Part shown: positions 9,644 to 19,299 of the stretch, piece after piece | Position numbering within the stretch: position 1 is the stretch's first letter | How the letters are laid out: each line of letters begins with the position of its first letter | Assembly (NCBI GenBank): GCA_002269645.1 | Contig: NIVC01001168.1 | Coordinates: forward strand, 1-20,066 | Origin: Macrostomum lignano | Taxonomy: Eukaryota | Direction: 5' to 3' | Length of the DNA: 20,066 bases | Program-made: the position numbers and the translations under genes | The notes under the pieces: model-generated | The model's input: only the letters and a program-made list of their open reading frames with translations | Told to the model about the DNA's origin: nothing | Database searches by the model: none

Positions 9644-10193
9644 TATGGCACCCATCTAGTAAGTATTATGGCGCCCCTCTAGTGTGTATTATGGCACCCA
9701 TCTAGTAAGTATTATGGCGCCCCTCTAGTGTGTATTATGGCACCCCTCTAGTGTATATTATGGCACCCATCTAGTAAGTATTATGGCGCCCCTCTAGTGT
9801 GTATTATGGCACCCCTCTAGTGTGTATTATGGCGCCCCTCTAGTGTGTACTATGGCGCCCCTCTAGTGTGTACTATGGCACCCATCTAGTAAGTATTATG
9901 GCGCCCCTCTAGTGTGTATTATGGCGCCCCTCTAGTGTGTACTATGGCGCCACTCTAGTGTGTATTATGGCGCCACTCTAGTGTGTATTATGGCGCCCCT
10001 CTAGTGTGTATTATGGCGCCCCTCTAGTGTGTATTATGGCGCCCCTCTAGTGTGTATTATAACGCCCCTCTAGTGTGCATTATGGCGCCCCTCTAGTGTG
10101 CATTTTGGCGCCCCTCTAGTGTGCATTATGGCGCCCCTCTAGTGTGCATTATGGCGCCCCTCTAGTGTGTATTATGGCGCCCCTATAATGTAT
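9644..10193. repeat. 23-bp minisatellite, 24 copies (tattatggcgcccctctagtgtg)
   Basis: Exact 23-bp period from 9664 to 10170, plus a partial first unit at 9644. Variants include ggcacccatctagtaag, tact-, catt- and ccactc-. Confidence 0.97.
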
Positions 10194-10284
10194 ACTTTTT
10201 TGTTGTCTTTGGTGAGAAAAAGTATAAAAATTTTAATATGATTTAATTACTCTTTTTGATCGAATGTAATTGTAAACATACATT

Positions 10285-10340
10285 TTATATTAGCTACTAA
10301 TGTTTCGCTACTAATGCTACTTACAGTAGCACCTTAAGTC
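10285..10340 (-). ncRNA. Degenerate hammerhead-ribozyme-like motif (Penelope pLTR type)
   Basis: Minus strand reads cttaagg-t-GCTACT...AGTAGC-GAAAC-attag(tag)ctaat-ATA. Stems II and III and GAAAC are present; the CUGANGA core has 2 mismatches and stem I is not evident. Confidence 0.3.
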
Positions 10341-11747
10341 TTCTTTAAGACACGAATTGTGAGGGCCGATGCATAGGGTGGCTGGCGACTCAGATAGGAC
10401 TGATGGTAATTAAATAGAATCAATTTATTAAACAATGGAATTCGCCACCAACTTGTTCATGCTATTCTGGGCTGTTTATGCTGTTTATGGATCTTAAATT
10501 TTATTTTTAAAAATAATCCCATTAGAAAGGACCGGCAACGGACTCAGAAAAAAACATCAGTACCAAGAGGACTGAATGCGGACTCACAAAAAGAACACCC
10601 TCATAGGTACTTTTGGTGGTTTTGAAACTGCAAACTGGACATGGCCAGACAGAATTTCTGATTTCAGAAGAATAAAAAAATATTGAACATCTGCTGGGAA
10701 AAGACTTGTCAGAGTCCTATCTGGGTCCTCCGGACTTATCTTTTTACACCGGGTGACTCTAAATAAGCTAGGCTTCGGGTTATTAATGAGAAAATTAATG
10801 TCAGATCAACTGTTTTATTATTAAGAGTTCAGCGACAGGATACTAAGTTAATAAGTGCAACAGAGAATAAATAGTTTGGCGTGTGTGCGGAATGAACTAA
10901 AAGTAGCAAATAATAGAGGGGACCGAGCCCTACTCCGGCGGATGATTGGCTGGTGCCGCGGTGCACTACTGGATAAATTAACGACTTAACACTAGTTGTA
11001 AATAAGTTGGGCAGATTAAATATTAGTAGTTAAATTGAATGGGTAGGCAGGAAGGATAAAACCGGAAAAGCGGGAAAGGGGAAACGGAACGGAAAACGGA
11101 ACGAAATGCGTAACGAAATTGGGCAGCTCCACCATTATTTAGATATTAAAAAACGCAAAAGATAAACAAATGGGGTCAAACATTGGTGGCAAAAGGTGGT
11201 CACGGGGACCAAGCAAAGAACAGACAAAATTAACACGGAAAGATAGGGCGATAAACAAAGTTTCCAAAAGAGGGACGCAAAAGACCAGATAAAGGAGTGG
11301 GAAAACCATCGCAAGAACGGGGGAAACTGACGAATTAAACCAACAACTGGGGCACAGGGTGAACACACAGAGCCAAAACTGGGGACAGCGGGGAATGGGT
11401 CAAAAGGTGGTGTAATAAGTCACGCAAAATAATATTAAATTTCGAAATTAAAAATAATAACGTTCTTTGGATTGTTAGTGGCAGCCCCCAACTTCCACAT
11501 AATGTATCGTAAATTAATGATTTCTAAAGTTCATATGAGAATGCAGCGATACCATTGTTATTGTCAAATGTCATGCATTTAATACAGTTTTAATGTAAAG
11601 TAAAATTATTCAGACACTTTCTCAAGACCTCTAGCAGTGCATTAGCCGTGCAATTTTATAATTTTGGAGGCTAATATTCATCGAACATTACACTGCGGAG
11701 ACAGGAAAAACAGGCTTGCTAAAATTTTTCGAAATTTTGCCTGCTAA

Positions 11748-11915
11748 AACATTTACCCAGCGCCTAGGTGCATGTAGATAAGTAGCTGCTGCAAAAGCCG
11801 TCTGTCTGTCTGTTTATCTGTCTGTATGACAAAGCTGTTAAAAGTCCTTTTGCAGTTTTACTGTCTCGGCTTTTTGCAGTCTCAGCTGGGGCTTAGGGCT
11901 AGAGCCCTAACTAGG
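11748..11915 (+). mobile_element. Short Helentron/DINE-like (HINE) fragment
   Basis: tttacccagcgcc start, a (GTCT)n core at ~11798-11826, and a near-palindromic hairpin ttagggct-ag-agccctaa at ~11896-11913. Confidence 0.3.
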
Positions 11916-12761
11916 CCTTCAGACGTTTACATGAACTTTATGGTCTGTCTAGACACAAGAGTCTAGTCTGTTGAGTCATACTTTAGCCCCGTCGTATATA
12001 TGTATATATATACTTGAGCACGGCGGGAAGGAAAAAGATTTTCCTTCGTATATAGCCGCGAACAGAATTCAAATTACATAAAAATTCGTAATTCACATAC
12101 GGACAGTTCCCAGAATTATGCATACATATTGAGTTGTAGACTATGTTTTCTCCAATCTGAATCTGGACGTTCTGTCGCATACATGCAGATAGTATAAAGT
12201 TACTATAGCAAATTACATGTACATGTAGGTAAGTAAGTGACTACAGCTAAACGTTTTATAATGTTTTCAGTATGACATTTGTTGTATTCCTGAATACAAC
12301 AAAATCAGTTTACAGCATTGGAGAGCTTTATTGATTTTTTTATTACATTTCTTAATTCATAACTGGCAAGCCATGCAAGAACCATCCAACTAAGAAGCAG
12401 GATAACCGAAAAGCAAAATCATAAGTTTGAGCTAGGGTGGAAATGTCTTGAAAGCAAATTTTTTATCAAAAGCTAGAAATTTTCATCGGAGGCAGAAGAG
12501 GTAGAAGAATAGAAAAAGAAAACGCATACTTTATTTAAAGTAGGGTTACAGGAGAAATGAGAACCGCTTTAAACTTTTTAGCAGAGATAATTAAACTAAT
12601 ATTTAATTTTTATTCGCATTTTTTGGAAGCCAACAAATAATTTTTATGCTGAACTCTGTAGCAGACGCTCAGTTAGATGAGTAGGTGCAACAGCGTGTGA
12701 CAAGTTAACTTGACTTGACGACTTGACTTCCTTTAGTTTCATGTATAATCTTGAGTTAGTT

Positions 12762-13179
12762 TGTTGCAGTTTGTTTCGCGTAATTATTTTTACTTTTGAA
12801 TACACGCCAACATGTCACGAAGGGTTTAAATTCGTGCTGACTTGTCATGCCACGTCATCCTAAAAGGCCATAGACACTTTAGGGCAAGTTTTAGTGAGGG
12901 AGGAGGGCAGCAATCTTTTACACTGCTGAAGATTTCCCAAACCTAGAATTGCTTAAGATTTACAATATTTCGCAAGTCATGGCAGGACGTACAGCTGCAC
13001 CATCATTTATAATCCCACCTGCTGAGGCTGTACCTGCAGCCAATCTACTTTTGAGGATTCAGTGACAAAGGAGCGATGTTATAGTCCTGTTAATGTTCAC
13101 TTATTTGATTGTTCATAACTTCGTGACACGTTAGCGTGCATTCAAAAGTAAAAATAATTACGCGAAACAAACTGCAACA
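12762..13179. mobile_element. 418-bp MITE with 61-bp TIRs, TGT...ACA termini, superfamily unclear
   Basis: 12762-12822 matches the reverse complement of 13119-13179 at 58/61 positions (tgttgcagtttgtttcgcgtaattatttttacttttgaat...gtcacgaag). Only a TT dinucleotide is shared by the flanks. Confidence 0.85.
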
Positions 13180-13696
13180 TTGCCGTTAGAATATATCAGT
13201 TTAAATCTTTGTTGGATTGTATTTATATGAATTAATAAATAAAGTACTCTTGCCAAACAAGCTGTTCAAGGTTAACTTGAGGGAGGAGAGACTCCGTCTT
13301 ATTGTCTGTCTGTCTGTGTGTATCTGGCTGTCCATGATAATCTCTCTTTCCCCTATGATCCCTCTCCCCAAAAAAAAAAATAAGTCAAACCATGAAGGCA
13401 AGCCAAACTCTCAAAAATGTACGAGTAACATCGTAAACGACTTGTCTACAAACTTGTCCGAAAAATTCGGCAAAAATCGTGTGACTGCACCTGTGTGTGT
13501 ATTCTAATATCAAAACATAACTAAAAGTAAGCGCTCCGCTCGGGACAGAAAACCGCAAAAAAACAAATCAAAATGAAAGCAAAGAACCCAGAAATCGAAG
13601 AAAAGACACTATCTTCTTTACCAGAATTAATTTTTGGTAGCTGTAGCGAAAGATTTTAAGCGTCATTTTTAGTCAGTTAATTCTGTTTTCACTGAA

Positions 13697-13841
13697 CTTG
13701 TGCCCCTTTGGCGTCGCAGCGGTCAGGCCATAGGCATTGTACATCCTGGGCCCCAGGTCCGGCTGGACAAAGAAAGCCGGCAGCCCAGAACTTCGGCAAC
13801 GGCAGAGCGCGCTGGAAGCCCTCGTAGCGATCGGGCAGAAT
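13697..13841 (-). pseudogene. KDM3: Single exon of a KDM3/JMJD1 (JHDM2) JmjC histone H3K9 demethylase, with an internal deletion and frameshift
   Basis: Acceptor ctcatttag| then ILPDRYEGFQRALPLPKF, and in a shifted frame SGLPAFFVQPDLGPRMYNAYGLTAATPKGHK. The KDM3 family reads [50 protein letters not shown], so about 10 codons (the [10 protein letters not shown] equivalent) are missing. No clean donor site. Confidence 0.88.
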
Positions 13842-13917
13842 CTAAATGAGTGCAAAAGGTGTTTTTGGCTGGTTAGTTTTGTTGTCTTCGTTACATATTG
13901 CTGTAGATTCTGTGCGC

Positions 13918-14044
13918 GGATTCTGGAGGGTAAAAACCCAGGGGTGGATTCTGGAGGGCAAAGACCCAGGGGTGGATTCTCAAGGGCAAAGACCCAGGGG
14001 TGGATTCTGGAGGGTAAAGACCAAGGGGTGGATTCTGAAGGGTA
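13918..14044. repeat. 28-bp G-rich tandem repeat, ~4.5 copies
   Basis: Unit ggattctggagggtaaagacccaggggt at 13918, 13946, 13974, 14002 and 14030. Confidence 0.93.
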
Positions 14045-14142
14045 TTTGCTTAAGACGAACGAGTCAATTGTTGATGGAATGTGCTTATCTGTTGTGGTAG
14101 GATGCAGTAGGATGCGTTTTATTATTAAATTATTATGAAAAC

Positions 14143-14232
14143 ATTAATTAATTAATTAATTAATTAATTAAATTACATTAACTACATTACATTACATAAA
14201 TTACATTACATTATTACATTACAAAACATTAA
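14143..14232. repeat. (TAAT)n/(ATTAC)n AT-rich microsatellite
   Basis: Direct reading of the sequence. Confidence 0.85.
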
Positions 14233-14431
14233 TTCACTTCGCCGCGAGGGTTCATATCTGATTATAGGGAAAGTTCTCTGTCTGTCTGTCTGTCTGTCTG
14301 TCTCTCGGTCTGTCTGTCTGTCTGTCCGTCTGCCTGTCTTTCCTTTTGTATGTCTGTCGGTCTGTATGTCTGTCTCTCGGTCTGTCTGTCTGTATGTCCT
14401 GTCTCTCAGTTAGTCTGTCTGTCTGTCTTTC

Positions 14432-14462
<31 letters not shown>

Positions 14463-14505
14463 GCCTGTCTGTCTGTCTTTCTCTGTCTGTCTGTCTGTCT
14501 GTCTG
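14229..14505 (+). repeat. (GTCT)n microsatellite, probably the core of a Helentron/DINE-like element
   Basis: An interrupted GTCT array at 14276-14505, preceded by ttaattcacttcgccgcgaggg. The repeat is certain; the element assignment is inferred. Confidence 0.75.
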
Positions 14506-14594
14506 AAAAAAGTTATTTTCAAATGTTTTTAAAATTCCGAAAACTTTCCCTACAATTAGATAGCCCAGCCCAATCAGTTACAGTTACAGCTCTC

Positions 14595-15092
14595 CAGTGT
14601 TCCCACTCAGCAACCTTCATTTTTTCGCGCCAAGCCGTTCATTTTCGCGCCATGGATATTTTTCGTGTCATTATCACTCTTTACCTCTAAGGCTCTAATG
14701 CAGTGTGATGCCCATTGAGATATTTACAAAAACTCAAATACCTAACATCCAGGGACCCCAATCATAAATAATCCAATTTTTGACAAGATAAAACACTACA
14801 GCTTGGCAAAAAATGGGTCGAAAACTGGAAACAACAGCATGGGTTGAAAAATGAAAAAAATACATTAATTTTTCTAAACCACTACTGCAATTATAAAATT
14901 TATTGAATTCCTGGTCTGTTTTGTTACAAACAACACCTAACGTGAAAATCATCTAAAAATGCGAAAGGGTTACAATTTAGGCGCGAATTTTCCACAGTTT
15001 CAGATTCGCGCCGAACCTTATTATTTGCGCATTCGCGCCATATTGCCTTATTTTCGGGCATGGCGCAAATTCGCGCCAGGGTGGGAACACTG
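14595..15092. mobile_element. 498-bp hAT-type MITE
   Basis: Perfect 12-bp TIR cagtgttcccac / gtgggaacactg; 8-bp TSD cagctctc (14587-14594) versus cagctttc (15093-15100); subterminal ttcgcgcc motifs at both ends. Confidence 0.92.
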
Positions 15093-15180
15093 CAGCTTTC
15101 GTGACTTCAGTTACAATCAGTTAATCAGTTATAATCAGTTACAGACAGCAGCCGAAGGCCGCCGCTGCGGAGACGCCTGA

Positions 15181-15216
15181 GTCGTCGTCGTCGTCGCGGC
15201 GGCGGCGGCGGCGGCG
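15181..15216. repeat. Compound (GTC)5(GCG)7 microsatellite
   Basis: Direct reading. It follows gccgaaggc, a layout common in HINE-like elements (inference). Confidence 0.85.
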
Positions 15217-15437
15217 GAATAGCGTCCATCTGGAAAATAAACCAGAGGTGTGAGTAGAAAAGGGCCATTTTTCGCGTCATCTTGAAACTATAATAATGAA
15301 TTGCGTCATTTACAACATGATGCTAGTGTATGTCTAGAGACCATAGTGAACATGTTGCCCTCATACTACTTTTAGTAGCCTACTCTTCGTAGTTGTCTAC
15401 AATGTAGACAATGGGAGAGAAGTGGAGTAAGGAGAGC

Positions 15438-15640
15438 CACTAGGACAGACACTAAGACAGACACTGAGACACTAAGACAGACTGTAACTGACACTGAGAC
15501 AGACACTAGGAGAGACACTGCAACACTAAGACAGTCTAAGAAAGACACTAAGACTGAGACAGACACTGAGAAAGACATCAAGACAGACACTAAGAGATAC
15601 TAAGACAGACACTGAGAGAGACACGAGACAGATAGATATA
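15438..15640. repeat. Degenerate agacagacact(a/g)ag tandem array
   Basis: About 12 degenerate copies of the gacact(a/g)aga motif. Confidence 0.85.
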
Positions 15641-15694
15641 GCAGATATGACAGATATAATTATATATAGCTTAAAACTAAATATATGACAGATA

Positions 15695-15715
15695 TCTCAA
15701 CATATAAGAATTAAA

Positions 15716-15799
<84 letters not shown>

Positions 15800-16118
15800 T
15801 GTCTGTCTGTCTGTCTGTCTGTGGACAATTTTGATCGCTATGGCCTTCCAAACCGCTCAACCAAACCCAGATGAGTAAAAGGGGTTTCAAAATTGACCAA
15901 CTTTCAGCTGCCATAAGTTTGTTCCACATAAAGCGATTGACATCAAACTTGACACAATTCTTCATTGACTCGTTCTCTGTCAAAATGTAAAGTTTCAACT
16001 CTGTAACCCAATCAGAACAGAAACTGTAAGCATGTGATGTTTGTCTGCTTTTTGTTGTTCGTACCACTCACTCACTCATTGCCCTAGAGCCAGACCAAGG
16101 GTCAGGCGATAGGGCTGA
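15695..16118 (+). mobile_element. Non-autonomous Helitron-like element containing (GT)39 and (GTCT)n
   Basis: 5' A|TCtcaacatataagaattaaaactc, (GT)39 at 15721-15798, then GTCT repeats. 3' hairpin gcccta-ga-gccagacc(aag)ggtcaggc-ga-tagggc at 16081-16115, followed by CTGA (CTRR). Confidence 0.55.
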
Positions 16119-16576
16119 ATGTACATGGCAATGTACAGTGTTTTGGAATAGCTTTGTTTATGGCTTTCTCTGCGAACCCGTGGAGAGGCTACGTTTAGCC
16201 ATCTATAACAGTTTAGTGAGTAGCACTGTCCTCTGTATAGGCAAACTCTGCAGCAGTTTAACAGTGGATGGCAATTGGCAAATCAAGGTAATCCAGCATG
16301 GTTTGTAAAAGCGAAAGATTTATGAAAAGGCGATGCAATGCGATTCAACCCTACTAAATTAGTCACACCATGAAAATGTTAAGTTTCTCTTAAAGGTACT
16401 TTTAAATTTAAATGGCCTCCTAATCCTTGGTTGTTAGACTGTTGCAGACTGCAGTGAAGCTGAAGATACACAAATTCCTTTCAGGACATCAAATTGGCAA
16501 GAAAGATGACATGATCAAAGCACGAGAACAACAATGAGAGTAGTACGAGCTACATCCTACAAACTGGCTTTCGAAG

Positions 16577-17862
16577 CAGGGATCGGCAGACTTTTACTTC
16601 AAAAGCCAGATAAAGAATCCAGCTTATGTGCGGGCCAGATGAGAGTGGTAAGGAGAAGGAATATACTATTAGAAGAGAGGAGAGGCGAAAGGGGGGTAAG
16701 AGAAAACATGGAAGATAAGAGGAGAGACAAGTGGTGAGGATAGAGCAGAGAAGAAGGGAGGAGGAAGCGAGAGGAGGGAGAAAGAAGGGAGAGGAAAGAG
16801 TAAAGGTGAGAAGAGGTGAGAGATGAGACAGAGGATCGATGAGAGAGGAGAGTGAAGAATGTTTAGAAGAGAGTAGAGACGAGAGAGCAGAAAGAAGATA
16901 ACAGAGGGGCAAGAGGAGAGGAGAGATTAGAGAGGAGAGAGTAGAAAGGATAGAGAAGAGAGGAGATAAGAGGGGAGAGAGGAAAGAGATGAGATTGTAA
17001 AGATGAGACAGATGAAAGGAGAGATGAGCGAGTAAAGATGAGAGATTAAAAAGGTGAGATGAGAATGCAGAGAGACGAGAGAAGATGATAGAGGAGAGAG
17101 TATAGAAGAGAGAAGAGAAAAGAAGATAGGAGTAAGGAAAGAGAGGAGTCAGAAGAGGGGAAAGAGAAGAGTACACAGGAAAGAGGAGAGTAAAGATCGA
17201 TGACAGAAGAGCGAGAGGGATGAGAGAGAACAGACGAAGGAGAGATGAGAAGTGAGATAAGAGAGATAAAGGAGGAGAGAGTGGAGAGAGAAGAGAGAAG
17301 ACAAGAGAGGGAGAGAGTATAGAAGAAGAGGGAAGAGAAGAGAAGAAAAAAGGAGAAAGGAGAAAGGAAAGAGAGGAGTCAGAAGAGGTGAAAGAGAAGA
17401 ATACAGAGAAGATAAGTGAGAGAACGTATAAGAGAGTAAAGATGACAGATGAGAGAGCAGAGATGAGCGTGAACAGACGAGAGATGGGAGAGTAGAGAGA
17501 ACAGAGGAGAGATAAGAGAGAAGAGAGATGAGATTTAAAATACCAGAAGAGAGAGCAGAGACAAAGGGAGAAGTGAGTCAGGAAAGAGGAGAGGAAAGAA
17601 GAGAAGAGATGAGAGGATAGAGAGAGAAAGGAAAAAGTAGAGAGGAGAGATAAGAGAGTAGAGAAGAGAGAGAAGAGGGAAGTGTTAAGAGAGGGGAGAG
17701 TAAGGAGTGAGAAGAGAGAGTAGAGAGAAATGAGAAGATATAAAAGATAAGAGATGAGAGAGGAGAGGAAAGGAGGAGAAAAGAGTAGAAAGGAGAGAGG
17801 GAAAAAGAGAAGAGATGAGAGGAGAGACAAGAGACGAGAGAAGAAAGAAGAAGAAAAGAAGA
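16577..17862 (+). mobile_element. Second copy of the Charlie-like hAT family (5' end plus 1.2-kb GA tract), 3'-truncated
   Basis: Starts cagggatcggcagactttt. Its gccagataaagaatccagcttatg-tgcgggccagatgagagtgg aligns with gccagataaagaattcagctcatggctgtgggccatatgagagtgg at ~7816-7860. A purine-rich tract runs ~16640-17862; no right TIR found. Confidence 0.78.
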
Positions 17863-18953
17863 TCCTGATATTCTGCACAGCACCCCAACAAGCAAAATAA
17901 ATAATTGCGTCAAATCTTAATTTCACACAAATTTACTCCATTTTATGTTTATCTCTATCCTAACTTTTAACAAGTTTTTGTTTGAGTGTGACTTCAGATG
18001 GTAGAATACATGCAAAAATAGTTCCAGGGATTGGAATTCCATGAGTTCAAAATCCGCGGGTTGCAACAGCTTGTAACTATATGTAGCTTAAAACTAAAAA
18101 TATATACAGCTTATAAGGAACTGCATATATCTCTTATAACTAAATGCACATAGCCTAAAACTCAATATATATAGCTTATAACTAAGCAAATATTGCTTAT
18201 TGTGAAGCGTAATATCAAGCTAAGGTTCTAGGAAATCGAACAATTTTCAAGTTCAAAATGCCACCCACAATTTGTGCAAGCGGCAATAGCAATTAAAGTA
18301 ATTCAGGGCCAATGAGTGTGCGAAAGGGGGGCCCCAAAAAGGGGCATTGGGGCATTTTAGGGTCTCTAAAGGAGAGGGCACTATACCCTTGCTTAAGAGT
18401 AGCTTTCAACGAGCTAATGGCGCTCGTTGTAAGAATCGAATATATTCCATTGAAAAAACTTGATACCGTGCGCCTGCAGCAAAACTGAATTTTACTAAGA
18501 ATTATTCAAACAGTGGCATTTTTGCTTTAAAATTATTCGATTCCTTGAACTTACCTGTATTTAAAGACAAATTAAAAATAACCAAGTATAGCCGTTAAGC
18601 TTGCGCTCAAATATTTATACACTATGCAGGCCTATGCTTAAAATGAGAGACAAGGATAGCCTTTTCTTTCCAGCTCTTTATATAAGCTCCTTGATACTGG
18701 TGAATAAAGCCACAAATTAACCTACACCGTGGGTGGTGGCCGTCGGAGAATCAAAAAGCGAGAGGCTCATTAATCAAAGGGAGGGGTTGGCTTGTCTAAC
18801 TCTCCGTGGGAGAATTCTCATTGGCCCGCGTGCTCAGTTTTGGGGTGGGTGTAGAACGGTGGCCCTCTCTCAATGTACGATAACTCCTAGTAGGCTGCTT
18901 GCAAGTCAGCGTTCAAACTTTTATGGGAAAACTATTCGACTATATATAATATA

Positions 18954-19045
18954 CTAGAATTTAGAATGTATATTAGTATATATAGAATATATACGAGCGT
19001 ATGGTCAGACACACAAGACAGACAAATCTTAGATAATTAGTATAG
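18954..19045 (-). mobile_element. Internally deleted mini Helitron-like element
   Basis: The minus strand starts ctatactaattatctaagatttgtctgtc (Lep1-like 5' end) and ends CTAG|T. Confidence 0.4.
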
Positions 19046-19147
19046 TTGGAAGATGCGATATGTTTAGTTATAAGCTACATTTAGCTTATAAAATGGGGGT
19101 TTTAAAATGGACTATATGCTCTCTGGACGGAACGCACGGGAGTAGGA

Positions 19148-19259
19148 GATTTGCTAGCAGGAAATCTGCTAGCCGAAATCTGCTAGCCGAAATTTGCTAG
19201 CCGAAACCTGCTAGCCGAAATTTGCTAGCCGAAGTTTGCTAGCCGAAATCTGCTGGCTC
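19148..19259. repeat. 14-bp tandem repeat, 8 copies (aaat(c/t)tgctagccg)
   Basis: Units at 19148, 19162, 19176, 19190, 19204, 19218, 19232 and 19246. Confidence 0.95.
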
Positions 19260-19299
19260 ATCAGTTCAAGTGCTTGGAAAGTCAGTTTGTCATTGTGGG

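Noticed and set aside
9644-10193. CRISPR-like array
   Set aside because: Head-to-tail repeats with no unique spacers, no cas genes, and a eukaryotic context.
10744-10768. Tc1/mariner-like end TA|CACCGGGTGACTC
   Set aside because: No inverted partner found in the window.
10356-11460. Solo-LTR-like strand-biased region (TGT start, reverse AATAAA, repeated caaaaggtggt)
   Set aside because: Could not define paired TG...CA ends, a TSD, a PBS or a second LTR. The hydrophobic ORFs 11135-11368 reflect T-rich composition.
11988-12047. Two adjacent hairpins (cccgtcgt/acggcggg and gaaggaaaa/ttttccttc)
   Set aside because: Short stems with no family context; bacterial terminator logic does not apply.
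14346-16067. ORFs over the GTCT, gacact and GT repeats (14346-14690, 14350-14532, 15372-15590, 15711-16067)
   Set aside because: Microsatellite translations.
16450-16538. Possible plus-strand exon ttgcag|TAVKLKIHKFLSGHQIGKKDDMIKAREQQ*
   Set aside because: Only 29 codons, no recognisable homology and no partner exon.
16550-17926. 458-aa Leu/Ser/Phe ORF (longest in the window) and its overlapping ORFs
   Set aside because: Antisense reading of the polypurine tract; it only looks like a membrane protein because of composition.
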